Sequence record: DRR723986_1795
Strand: one strand, 5' to 3'
Length of the DNA: 37,540 nucleotides
Shown: one piece after another, positions 1-9,319 of the stretch
Numbering within the stretch: the first letter of the stretch is position 1
Layout of the letters: each line of letters begins with the position of its first letter
The notes under the pieces: model-generated
The model's input: the letters and a program-made list of their open reading frames with translations, nothing else
What the model was told of the DNA's origin: nothing
The model's database searches: none
Position numbers and translations under genes: made by a program

Positions 1-23
1 CATGGCTTGACCATGGGATCCAT
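1..23 (-). CDS. 5' end of a probable CDS running off the left edge (MDPMVKP...)
   Basis: ATG at 23 on the minus strand with a GGAG Shine-Dalgarno about 10 nt upstream, same orientation as the RND gene. Too short to identify. Confidence 0.35.
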
Positions 24-119
24 GCCGTTTGGTCTCCAGTCGGATTGGCCTTGTGCGGGTCAAGGCAACGGCTTGGACTGCAGGGTAAGCCCTGCAGCGA
101 CGACGTCGGAGAGGAGCAT

Positions 120-3100
120 CTATTCGGCGGCCGCCAGCTTCTCCCGATGCGCCTTGCGTTCCCGGGCGAGTGAGGTCAGGTCAAAATCGTCGAGGATGGT
201 ATAGAACGCTGGAACCACGAAGACGATCATGAGTGTCGTGCCGATCAGTCCGAAGGAGATCGAAGTCACCAGCGGGATCAATACCTGTGCCTGAGGGCTT
301 GTTTCGAACAGCAGCGGCAGCAGGCCGACGATGGTGGTCACCGACGTCAGCAGGATCGCACGGAACCTGGCCTTGGCACCCAGTGGAGCGATCTCTGCAA
401 CGCTTTCCAGCGATGGGTCATGCTCGTCCTTGATGAACTGGACCAGCAGGATTGAATCATTGACCACGATCCCGGCTAGCGAAATGAAGCCCAGCATGCT
501 TGGCATCGCAAAGTCGATGCCCATCAGGAAGTGACCCCAGACCGCACCAATCAACGCCATGGGGATGAGCGTCATCACCACGACCGGTTCGCTGTAGCTT
601 CGGAACTGGAAACTCAGCAGGATGAACACGAAGATCAGGCCGGTGCCGAGTGCCTTGACCATGGACGCCTGCGTCTTGGCGCCTTCCGCATTCTGCCCCT
701 CGGTCGAAGTGCTCAATCCGGGGTATTTTTCCAGGAGTTGCGGCAGGTATCTCGTTTCCGTGTCCTTGACGACTTCGTTGGCATTGGCAACACCGAGAAG
801 AACGTCGCCGGTGACCGTCACGGTCGGTACCCGGTCAATACGATTGATCCGCGTGAAGCTGCGGTCGGATCGGATGTCGGCGACGGAGCCGAGCGGGACC
901 CGGTGACCAGAAGGGGTCTCCACGGTGAAGAGTTCGAAATCGCCAAGGCTGTTGCGGTCGCTGCCGGCAAGGCGGACATCGACTTCGAAGCTTTCCGAAC
1001 CGACTTGAACCTCATCGGCGGTAATGCCGTTGTAGGCCCCTCTCAGCTGGTCGGCGATTGCCTTGGCATCAAGTCCGACCGCTCCGGCTCCGTCCTTGAG
1101 AGACAGGGCCAGTTCCGGTTTGCCGAGGCTGAGATCGTCGGAAATGTTGTAGACGCCGTCATAGCCCTTGAGCCAGGCCTGAAGCTCTTCAGAAGCCTGG
1201 TCGAGCATTTGCAGGTCATTGTGGGCCAGGCGCAATTCGATGGCGCGTCCCGCCGGACCGATGCTGGATTCGGTGAGAATGATGCGCCGGACGTCGAGCG
1301 TTTCGGGCAGTTCCTGGCGCCAGACTTTCAGGATCTCCTGGTTGCCTGCGTCACGAAGGGGCCCGTCCAGCAAATCAATGTCGATGGTCGCCAGATGTGC
1401 TCCGCTGGTGCCGGCATCGCTGTTTTCGTTGAACCGCACCAGTATGTTCTTGAGGAGGGATGTTCCATCCGGATTGCGCGGCGACAGCGCCGCATCGGTG
1501 CGTTCCAGCGCACTGATTGCCTCTGTCACGACCTTGCGCGTGTCGGCGAGCGTCGCACTTGCCGGCAATTCGATCCGCGCTTCGATCTGGTCGCCTTCCA
1601 CGTTCGGAAACGCCTGGAATTTAACGACGCCGCCGGCCAGCAGCGAGACCGAAGCGAGGAAAAGCATGAAGCAGGCGCCGATGACAAAATAGCGGTTCCG
1701 CACAGACCATGTGGCACAGGGACCGATCACATGCTCTCGCGCCCACCCGACACCGCTTTCCGCCTTGCGGGTTACCCAGTTCGGAGTGTCGCGCGTAGCG
1801 CCATGGGACAGGTGGTTGGGCAGGATCAGAAAGGCTTCGACCAGCGACACGGCCAGAACCAGCAACATGACCATCGGGATCACGCGCAACAGGTCGCCAA
1901 GGTCGCCCTCGATAAAGGCAAGTGCACCGAAAATGGCGGTGGTCGTGGCAAACGAAGACAGCACACCCGGGGCGACCTGCCGCGTTCCCTGCACGGCGGC
2001 CTCCAGGGGACCGAGCCCTTTCTGGCGCCGTGTCGCGATGTTTTCGGAAATTACGATGGCGTCGTCCATCATGATGCCGACCACGATCAGCATGGCCACC
2101 ATCGACAGCATGTTGATCGTCAGCCCCAGAATGGACATTGCGGCGAGCGCGCCCAGAAAGGACACCGGCAGGCCCATGCCGATCCAGAATGCCTGCCGCC
2201 CGCCAAAGAAGATCCACATGGCCGCAACGACAAGCGCCAGTCCCTGGAGAGAATTGTTGACCAGCATCCACAGGCGGTCCTTCAGGATGATCGAGCCGTC
2301 GTTGATGATGGTCAGGGCGATGCCCGGGGCAGTACGGGCCTGTTCCTCGTCGACGAATTCCTGCACCCGCTCCACCACCTTGATCAGGTCGTCACTGCGG
2401 GTCATGGAAATGTCGAGAACAGCGGCCAACCTGCCGTTCAGCCGGGTTTCGACCTCTTCGTCCTCGAAGAGATCATTGATCGTGGCAATGTCGCCCAGCT
2501 TGATCTGGCCGCCTTGCGGGGAAGAGGCGACAATCACCGACGCATAGGCATCCGCGGCAAGGCGCTCGTCGGCGAAACGCAGCAGGATCGAGCCGCCTAC
2601 AGTCGTGATCTCTCCGGAGGGAGCGCTGACATTCTGCCTGGTGAGGGTATTTGCGATTTCCGAGAGGGTTAGCCCAACTTCACGCGCGGCGGCGTCGCGC
2701 ACCTCGATGCGGAACTGCCGGTCAGAGAAGCCGGAAATCTCGACCTGGGGTATGCCGCCGAACTTCAGCATGCGGTCCTTCACCGCTTCGGCGTAGTTCT
2801 TCAGCTGCGGCTTGTCGTCAATTCCGGTGATGACGACGGAGGTCGCCTCGCTCAGGCGGCCCGCCTCTTCGATGATCGGGTCTTCAACGCCCTCGGGAAA
2901 ATCATCGATCGCGTTGATCTCGCGGTCGATATCCAGCATCAGCTGGTCGATGTTCTTGCCTTCCATGATCTTGACGGTCGCAAGTGCGAGGTTTTCCCGG
3001 GAATCGCATTTGAGTTCGTCGATGTTCTCGATCCCGTCGAGCGCGTCCTCGATGCGCCGGCAAACGGTGCGTTCGACATCGGCTGAGGTTGCTCCGGGAT

Positions 3101-3245
3101 AGGCGACTGTCACGGTAATCCGTTTTATCGGGATCTGCGGAAAGGTTTCCAGCAGAAGACCCGGAAGGTTGAGCAGTCCGAGAATGATGAAACCGGCCAT
3201 CAACAGATTGGCGGCGGTTGGGTGCTGGGCGAAGTAGCGGATCAT
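120..3245 (-). CDS. RND efflux transporter permease, AcrB/AcrD/AcrF family (1041 aa)
   Basis: Typical length and two-halves TM pattern. TM4 GIMMDDAIVISENI, TM10 GIVVNDSILLV, TM11 RFRAILLTSVTT. Overlaps the MFP gene by ATGA. Confidence 0.95.
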   Translation of the reverse strand: MIRYFAQHPTAANLLMAGFIILGLLNLPGLLLETFPQIPIKRITVTVAYPGATSADVERTVCRRIEDALDGIENIDELKCDSRENLALATVKIMEGKNIDQLMLDIDREINAIDDFPEGVEDPIIEEAGRLSEATSVVITGIDDKPQLKNYAEAVKDRMLKFGGIPQVEISGFSDRQFRIEVRDAAAREVGLTLSEIANTLTRQNVSAPSGEITTVGGSILLRFADERLAADAYASVIVASSPQGGQIKLGDIATINDLFEDEEVETRLNGRLAAVLDISMTRSDDLIKVVERVQEFVDEEQARTAPGIALTIINDGSIILKDRLWMLVNNSLQGLALVVAAMWIFFGGRQAFWIGMGLPVSFLGALAAMSILGLTINMLSMVAMLIVVGIMMDDAIVISENIATRRQKGLGPLEAAVQGTRQVAPGVLSSFATTTAIFGALAFIEGDLGDLLRVIPMVMLLVLAVSLVEAFLILPNHLSHGATRDTPNWVTRKAESGVGWAREHVIGPCATWSVRNRYFVIGACFMLFLASVSLLAGGVVKFQAFPNVEGDQIEARIELPASATLADTRKVVTEAISALERTDAALSPRNPDGTSLLKNILVRFNENSDAGTSGAHLATIDIDLLDGPLRDAGNQEILKVWRQELPETLDVRRIILTESSIGPAGRAIELRLAHNDLQMLDQASEELQAWLKGYDGVYNISDDLSLGKPELALSLKDGAGAVGLDAKAIADQLRGAYNGITADEVQVGSESFEVDVRLAGSDRNSLGDFELFTVETPSGHRVPLGSVADIRSDRSFTRINRIDRVPTVTVTGDVLLGVANANEVVKDTETRYLPQLLEKYPGLSTSTEGQNAEGAKTQASMVKALGTGLIFVFILLSFQFRSYSEPVVVMTLIPMALIGAVWGHFLMGIDFAMPSMLGFISLAGIVVNDSILLVQFIKDEHDPSLESVAEIAPLGAKARFRAILLTSVTTIVGLLPLLFETSPQAQVLIPLVTSISFGLIGTTLMIVFVVPAFYTILDDFDLTSLARERKAHREKLAAAE

Positions 3246-4615
3246 GGCTGGTCCTCACCGTTGAGGGCATCCGTGCTCGCCATTCGCTTCAAACCTGCCT
3301 TCACGGCTTCGTCTTCGACAGGCTTCAGCAACATGCCTTCGATTACCGGGGACACATCGCTGACGATGACCTTGCTTCCAGCTGGCAGATCCGTTCCCAG
3401 AACGACGATATCATCGAAGCGGAAGGCGATTTCGACCGGCACCGTAACCAGTCGGCTGTCGGGCGAGACAGTCATGATCCTGCCACTGTGGACCGCGTTG
3501 CGCGGCAACACGATCTGATCGGCCACGGGCGGTGCGGACAGCTCAACCTCGGTAAACATGCCTTTGACCAATGGCGGCTTTATACCCGGCCGGATGGTGT
3601 CATAGGGCTTGTCCACGCTGACGATCAGCCCGATGGAGCGGGTGTCCGGATCCACCGTGTCGCTGACCCGCTTGACGTGCGCATCCCAGACGGCGGTCTC
3701 TCCGACGGATCCGACCCTTACCTTGGCCTTCAGCCGGTCAAGCGAATGCCGTGCCCGGATGACACCTTCTTCCGTTTCCAGTTGTCCGGGAAAGGCCAGA
3801 TTGGCAAATCCGGCCATGTTGCCAGGACTGATCTGAACGTCGATGTCGGCTGCGTCGATGCCGTCAAGTTCACCGATGGAGCTGCCGGCACCGACATACT
3901 GGTCGATCTCGACATTGACCTTCGAAACTCTGGCATCGAAGGGAACACGGATCGTGGTGCGGGCAAGGTTCAGCTTTGCGGTTTCCAGACGAACCTCGTT
4001 CTTGGCCTTTACCTGCTCCAGTGCCTTGCGCTTCACCGGGTTGAGCGCAATCTCGTTCTCAAGGTCCTGAACCCGCGACTTTTGCTGAAGCACCGTGCCT
4101 TCCTGGTTTTCGACCAGCTGATCGGAGGCGACCTTGCGCTCCTGAAGCGTTTTCAGCCGGGCCAGCTCACGCTGTTCCAGGTCGAGGACCGATTTGGCAA
4201 TCGCCAGGGATTGTTTCTGTGTATCCAGGGTAACGGCCAGCTCTTCGATATCCACCTCGGCACTGGCGATATCGCTCTGCGCCTCGGCAATCTCCAGCTC
4301 GTAGTCTTCCGGTGCCAGTGTCACCAGAATCTTGCCTTCCGGGATGAATTCACCGCGTTTGAAATCCGGATTGATGTAGGTGACCCGGCCGGACACCTGC
4401 GCGATGGCATCAAGTGTATGGGCCGGATCGACCGTGCCGTACCCGGTTACGCGCGGCACGAAGTCCTGAGGCTCGACCGTGACGACACGCACGAGCGTCG
4501 TCGTTTCCCCGATGTCGGTGCGCTTGGGTGCTTCGCGCCCGCTCACCGCATAAACCAGCACTGCTGCACCGGCGATCACGGGGGGAAGGATCAGGGCTTT
4601 TCGCAACAGCGACAC
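3242..4615 (-). CDS. RND periplasmic adaptor / membrane fusion protein (457 aa)
   Basis: N-terminal hydrophobic anchor, lipoyl half-motifs (AQVSGRV; IRVPFDARV), long coiled-coil hairpin, VDPDTRS. GTG start with AGGAG RBS. Confidence 0.93.
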   Translation of the reverse strand: MSLLRKALILPPVIAGAAVLVYAVSGREAPKRTDIGETTTLVRVVTVEPQDFVPRVTGYGTVDPAHTLDAIAQVSGRVTYINPDFKRGEFIPEGKILVTLAPEDYELEIAEAQSDIASAEVDIEELAVTLDTQKQSLAIAKSVLDLEQRELARLKTLQERKVASDQLVENQEGTVLQQKSRVQDLENEIALNPVKRKALEQVKAKNEVRLETAKLNLARTTIRVPFDARVSKVNVEIDQYVGAGSSIGELDGIDAADIDVQISPGNMAGFANLAFPGQLETEEGVIRARHSLDRLKAKVRVGSVGETAVWDAHVKRVSDTVDPDTRSIGLIVSVDKPYDTIRPGIKPPLVKGMFTEVELSAPPVADQIVLPRNAVHSGRIMTVSPDSRLVTVPVEIAFRFDDIVVLGTDLPAGSKVIVSDVSPVIEGMLLKPVEDEAVKAGLKRMASTDALNGEDQP

Positions 4616-4679
4616 GGCGGCTCTCCTGGCAATGTTCGCTCGGCGGGCTGCAGACCTCCGCCGACCACAATTCCTTTAA

Positions 4680-4697
4680 TGCAAGTCCAAACTTGCA
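4680..4697. promoter_or_regulatory. Putative TetR operator 1 (TGCAAGT-ccaa-ACTTGCA)
   Basis: Perfect 7-bp inverted repeat with a 4-bp spacer between the divergent MFP and TetR genes. Confidence 0.75.
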
Positions 4698-4719
4698 AAT
4701 AGTGATGATCCAATTTTAT

Positions 4720-4737
4720 TGCAAGCGATTGCTTGCA
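4720..4737. promoter_or_regulatory. Putative TetR operator 2 (TGCAAGC-gatt-GCTTGCA)
   Basis: Second perfect 7-bp palindrome of the same consensus, exactly 40 bp from the first. Overlaps a possible TTGCAA-N17-CATCCT promoter for tetR. Confidence 0.75.
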
Positions 4738-4816
4738 TTTGCATCCTGTTTGGCATTAGGTGCGACGGAATGTCTTCCGGAAAATTGAGGGCGCGCCCGG
4801 CGCGTTTGGCGGCCAA

Positions 4817-5389
4817 GTGCCTAGAAATGTAGATGTTTCAGAAATCTATTCCGCAACAGTCGCACTGTTTTGCGAGCGCGGGTTCAGCGGAACCACGACC
4901 AAGGAAATAGCGGACAGGGCAGGGGTGAACGAAGTCACGCTGTTTCGCCGTTTCGGGTCGAAGGCAGGTTTGATCGAGGCCGCCATCGGCGACACGCTAT
5001 CCGACGTCTCGTTCGGCAAGATGTTGCCGGGGGAAGACGTAAAGGCCGATCTTCTGGAAATCGTGCGCAATTATCTGGAGACCTACCGCAAGCATAGCGG
5101 GCTTGCCCTGACGCTGTTTGCGCAGGTGCCCCAGCATCCTGAACTGCGAGCGGTGACGCCCTTTCTGCTGAAAAACCTGCAGGGCGTAGCCCGCACATTG
5201 GCAAAGCATCAGAGCAGCGGGCGGCTCAAGCCGGGCGATCCGGTCAGCTTCGCCGTTGCGCTCATCGCGCCGCTGGCCGTCATGGGCTTCATGAAGGAGA
5301 TGGGCCTGGGGACAGGCCACGAAGGCCTGGACGTGGAAAATTACGTCCAGACCTATTTGCAGGGGCATGGCCCCGATACGGGACGTTAA
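4817..5389 (+). CDS. TetR/AcrR family transcriptional regulator (about 190 aa)
   Basis: HTH LFCERGFSGTTTKEIADRAGVNEVTLFRRFGSKAGL. Start placed at GTG 4817 (MPRN...); the ORF track extends to 4760. Confidence 0.92.
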   Translation: MPRNVDVSEIYSATVALFCERGFSGTTTKEIADRAGVNEVTLFRRFGSKAGLIEAAIGDTLSDVSFGKMLPGEDVKADLLEIVRNYLETYRKHSGLALTLFAQVPQHPELRAVTPFLLKNLQGVARTLAKHQSSGRLKPGDPVSFAVALIAPLAVMGFMKEMGLGTGHEGLDVENYVQTYLQGHGPDTGR

Positions 5390-5417
5390 ATGAGCCCGCT
5401 AGCAATACTGCGCGCGC

Positions 5418-6293
5418 TTACCACCAAAGACGCGGCAGGGCAGCACGTGCGCGCAGGCCTTCTTCGGCCAGACGGCGGCGGATCAGATGTTCGTCCGGCG
5501 CGTCGCTCGGACCGAAGTCGGAGGCATGGATGCCAGCGGTGATGAACAGAACGTCGAGATCCTGAGACACCGCACCGCGGATATCGGTCGGCAGACCGTC
5601 GCCGATGGCCAGGACGTCTTCCTTGGCGACCTCTTCGCCCGCCAGCGTCGCGAGGCGCTTCATCGCCGCGTCGTAGATGGGGGCATGCGGTTTGCCGAGA
5701 ATGGCCACTTCGCCGCCGAGATCTTCATAAAGACGGGCAAGGGCGCCGGCGCACCAGATCAGGCGCTCGCCGCGCTCCACCACGATGTCGGGGTTGGCGC
5801 AGATCATCGGCAGGCCGCGTTCGGCCAGCTTCTGCAGCCGGTCGCGGTAATCGTCGGGCGTTTCGACCTCGTCGTCTTCCAGCCCGGTGCAGCTGATGCC
5901 TTCCGCTTCCTCGTCATTGGTGGTGAAGGTGGCTTCAAGGCCGTGATACAGCGGCTGGTCCCGGTGCGGACCGATGTGCAGGAGCGTCTTTTTGCCCTGA
6001 GCCACAAGGATCTCGCGGGTCACGTCGCCGGAGGTGACGATGTCGTCGTAGGTTCCCTCCGGCACACCAAGAGCGGCCAGCATTTCGCCAACCTGCTTTG
6101 CAGGGCGCGGGGCATTGGTGATGAGGACCACCTTGCCACCGGCTTCCTCGCGAAAGGCCTTGAGGGCTTTGTGCGCGCCTTCAAAAGCCGATACACCGTT
6201 GTGCAGCACGCCCCACACGTCACACAGGATGCCCTTGTAGGACGGGGCGAGGGTGCGGAGCCCCTCAACAAGAAGCGGTGCAGAAACTGTCAT
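5418..6293 (-). CDS. HAD-superfamily subfamily IIA hydrolase (TIGR01459-like)
   Basis: Motifs CDVWGVLH, ITNAPR, CANPD, GKPH, IGDGLPTDI. Confidence 0.88.
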   Translation of the reverse strand: MTVSAPLLVEGLRTLAPSYKGILCDVWGVLHNGVSAFEGAHKALKAFREEAGGKVVLITNAPRPAKQVGEMLAALGVPEGTYDDIVTSGDVTREILVAQGKKTLLHIGPHRDQPLYHGLEATFTTNDEEAEGISCTGLEDDEVETPDDYRDRLQKLAERGLPMICANPDIVVERGERLIWCAGALARLYEDLGGEVAILGKPHAPIYDAAMKRLATLAGEEVAKEDVLAIGDGLPTDIRGAVSQDLDVLFITAGIHASDFGPSDAPDEHLIRRRLAEEGLRARAALPRLWW

Positions 6294-6407
6294 GGCGGGT
6301 CACTCGGATCTGGGTAGGTCTGATAAGCTTTGCTGAAGAATCGACGCAAACTCGGCGCGGACCATATAGGAACATGGCGCGGTGCGAAACCGAGTAGAGG
6401 GAGTTTC

Positions 6408-8300
6408 ATGAAGGTCAGGCAACTTGGCGAACAGGTGATCAACCAGATTGCGGCCGGCGAGGTCATCGAAAGACCCGCGAGCGTGATCAAGGAGTTGGTG
6501 GAAAACGCCGTCGACGCCGGGGCAAAACAGGTCGAGATCGTTACCGCCGCCGGTGGCAAGACGCTCATGCGCGTTGCCGACGACGGCGAGGGCATGCGCC
6601 AGGAGGATCTGCAACTGGCAATCCGCCGGCACTGCACCTCCAAGATTTCCGACGACGACCTGTTCGACATCCGCACGCTCGGGTTTCGCGGTGAAGCGCT
6701 GCCGTCCATCGGCTCCGTTGCCCGGCTGGCGATCCAGACCCGTCACAAGGACGAGGACCACGCCTGGGCCATCGCCGTCGAGGGCGGCAGGGAGCAGCCG
6801 CTTGTGCCCGCAGCCCGTACAAAAGGCACCCAGGTAGAGGTGCGTGACCTTTTCTTCGCGACACCTGCCCGGCTGAAATTCCTGAAATCGGATCGTGCGG
6901 AAGCGGCCGCCATCACCGAAATCGTCAAACGGATCGCGCTCGCCTATCCGGAGATCGGCTTTTCCCTCGGCGGCGCCGACCGGCAGTCGCAGAGCTGGCC
7001 AGCAGCACGCGGCGGTGAACCGCATCTTGCTCGGATCGCGCAGATTCTCGGCCAGGATTTTGTCGACAACGCCATGGAAATCGACGCTGCCCGGGAAGGC
7101 GTGCGTCTCACCGGTTTTGCAGGCTTGCCGACACACCACCGTGGCAATGCGCAGAACCAGTTCTTCTTCGTCAACGGTCGCCCGGTGAAGGACAAGCTGC
7201 TGCTATCCGGATTGCGCGGAGCCTATGCCGATGTGCTGGCCCGTGACCGTCATCCGGTCGTGGTCCTGTTCATCGATCTCGATCCGGCATTGGTCGATGT
7301 CAATGTGCACCCGGCCAAGGCCGATGTGCGCTTCCGGGACAGCCAGCTTGTGCGCGGGCTTCTGGTGGGTGCCATCAAGCATGCACTGGTTCAGTCCGGA
7401 CACCGGTCATCGACCTCGAACGCGGCCGTTGCACTGGACGCCATCAGGGCACAGTCGGCGGGGTTCTCTCAACCGGGTCACACACCGTCTTCTCCGGCAG
7501 GATCCGGCGGATATGGCGGTGGTTCCTACACACGCACGTCTGCGGCGCCCCAGTGGGCGCCGGAAGCCTTTCGCCCGCCCCAGATGGAGGAGGCGCCTGC
7601 AGCAGGCTTTGCCGAAGCAGCACAGCCAGCCTTTGAACGGCAGAACGGTTTTGCCGACTTTGCCAGACCGTCGGCGGATGCCCGCGCGAATGACGTCCCG
7701 GTTGAAACCGAAAAGACCCGCCTTCCGCTGGGGGCCGCCCGTGCGCAGGTTCATGAAACCTATATCATCGCCCAGACCGAGGACGGTGTCGTCATCGTTG
7801 ACCAGCACGCCGCCCACGAGCGCCTTGTCTACGAACGTCTGAAGGAAGCGCTGGCCAAGAAGGATGTCGCCCGCCAGATGCTGCTCATCCCCGAGATCGT
7901 CGAGTTGCCGGAAGAAGATGCAATTCGGCTGGCTGATCGCGCGGGGGATCTCGAAAAAGTCGGCCTGTCCCTGGAAGCCTTCGGCCCGGGTGCCATCGCC
8001 GTCAGGGAGACCCCCGCTATCCTCGGCGACATGGATATCCAGGGCATGGTCCGGAACCTGGCCGACGAGCTTGCCGAATGGGACACTGCCGAAGGTCTCA
8101 AGGAAAAGCTGGACCATGTTGCCGCCACGATGGCCTGCCACGGTTCGGTGCGTGCAGGCAGGCGCATGCGTCCCGAGGAAATGGATGCGCTCTTGCGCGA
8201 CATGGAAGCCACGCCGCTTTCCGGACAGTGCAACCACGGCCGGCCAACCTGGGTGGAGCTGAAACTCGGCGATATCGAGAAGCTCTTCGGCCGCAAATAA
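6408..8300 (+). CDS. mutL: DNA mismatch repair endonuclease MutL (630 aa)
   Basis: [54 protein letters not shown] 6408 follows AGAGGGAG. Confidence 0.98.
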   Translation: MKVRQLGEQVINQIAAGEVIERPASVIKELVENAVDAGAKQVEIVTAAGGKTLMRVADDGEGMRQEDLQLAIRRHCTSKISDDDLFDIRTLGFRGEALPSIGSVARLAIQTRHKDEDHAWAIAVEGGREQPLVPAARTKGTQVEVRDLFFATPARLKFLKSDRAEAAAITEIVKRIALAYPEIGFSLGGADRQSQSWPAARGGEPHLARIAQILGQDFVDNAMEIDAAREGVRLTGFAGLPTHHRGNAQNQFFFVNGRPVKDKLLLSGLRGAYADVLARDRHPVVVLFIDLDPALVDVNVHPAKADVRFRDSQLVRGLLVGAIKHALVQSGHRSSTSNAAVALDAIRAQSAGFSQPGHTPSSPAGSGGYGGGSYTRTSAAPQWAPEAFRPPQMEEAPAAGFAEAAQPAFERQNGFADFARPSADARANDVPVETEKTRLPLGAARAQVHETYIIAQTEDGVVIVDQHAAHERLVYERLKEALAKKDVARQMLLIPEIVELPEEDAIRLADRAGDLEKVGLSLEAFGPGAIAVRETPAILGDMDIQGMVRNLADELAEWDTAEGLKEKLDHVAATMACHGSVRAGRRMRPEEMDALLRDMEATPLSGQCNHGRPTWVELKLGDIEKLFGRK

Positions 8301-8363
8301 CCCGGCAATCTGATCGACCTCCCGATGCGGATCGTAGACGTCGGAGCAATGGGAGACAGTCAG

Positions 8364-9242
8364 ATGACACAAAACGGCTCCGGCAGCGCGGAACAGGCAT
8401 TGAACAAGACCGGCAGACCTGGGCGCACGCTTTGGAAGGCCGTCTCGCGTGTGGCTGTCATTGTCGGCATCGCCTACGCCATGGCGGCCGGTTACATGTA
8501 TTTCAACCAGCGCAGCTTCATCTTCGTTCCAACCGGAGAGTTGAGTACGCCGGATGAAAAGGGGCTCTCAGGTATCACCGTTGAAACAGCGGCGATGGCT
8601 GACGGTACAAAGGTGACCGTCTGGCACGCGCCACCTGCTGCTGAAGGCGCTCCCACGGTACTCTATTTTCACGGCAATTCAGCCAATGTCTCCTCCCGCT
8701 GGAAGCGGTTCAAGCAGATCCTCGACAGCGGTTTCGGTCTCTATGCGCCCAGCTACCGGGGATATGCCGGAAGTGAGGGGAGCCCGTCGGAAGAGGCGTT
8801 GATTTCGGACGGCCTTGAACATTTCGACCGGATGGCAGCTTCGGGCACGCCGGTCATCGTTCATGGAGAAAGTCTTGGCTCGGGTGTTGCCGCCGCAGTG
8901 GCGGCAGAGCGTCCGCAAACGAACCTTGTGGTGCTGGAAGCGCCCTATACAGCGCTAATCGACATGGCCTGGGACAGGTATCCCTGGTTGCCGGTGGGCC
9001 TCATGATGCGGGACCCGATGGCGACACGGGATCGCGTCGGCAAGATCGCCGCGCCGGTCCTGATCGTGCATGGGACGGAAGACCGGGTCATCCCGGTCGA
9101 ACACGGCAGGCGTCTTTATGAATTTGCGAAAGACCCCAGGCAGCTTGTGATCGTCGAAGGTGGCGGTCACAGCAATCTGTGGTCAAACGGGATGTGGGAC
9201 TTCGTTCTCGCCGCCTGGGTGAAATGGCACGAAGGCTCTTGA
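8364..9242 (+). CDS. Membrane-anchored alpha/beta hydrolase (COG1073/ABHD12-13-like)
   Basis: N-terminal TM, YFHGN, YRGYAGS, nucleophile GESLG, HGTED, GGGH. Start uncertain (8349 or 8364). Confidence 0.88.
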   Translation: MTQNGSGSAEQALNKTGRPGRTLWKAVSRVAVIVGIAYAMAAGYMYFNQRSFIFVPTGELSTPDEKGLSGITVETAAMADGTKVTVWHAPPAAEGAPTVLYFHGNSANVSSRWKRFKQILDSGFGLYAPSYRGYAGSEGSPSEEALISDGLEHFDRMAASGTPVIVHGESLGSGVAAAVAAERPQTNLVVLEAPYTALIDMAWDRYPWLPVGLMMRDPMATRDRVGKIAAPVLIVHGTEDRVIPVEHGRRLYEFAKDPRQLVIVEGGGHSNLWSNGMWDFVLAAWVKWHEGS

Positions 9243-9269
9243 ACCATCTGCCGTGTTGCGCCTGAAACA

Positions 9270-9300
9270 GAAAACCCCGGGCGAAGCGCCCGGGGTTTTC
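9270..9300. terminator. Bidirectional intrinsic terminator
   Basis: GAAAACCCCGGGCG-aag-CGCCCGGGGTTTTC, a perfect 14-bp stem between the convergent hydrolase and porin genes. Confidence 0.9.
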
Positions 9301-9319
9301 CTTTGCCAGGGTTACGGCA

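Noticed and set aside
78..97. CTGCAGGG-taag-CCCTGCAG hairpin after the RND stop
   Set aside because: No U-tract and a single copy, so it cannot be called a terminator or repeat.
531..2672. 713-aa ORF antisense to the RND gene (similarly 3218-4702, 9512-10519, 16329-17891, 17919-19112, 20680-21786, 30273-32246, 35901-36962)
   Set aside because: Shadow ORFs expected from high-GC codon bias. They have no recognisable motifs and lie opposite well-supported genes.
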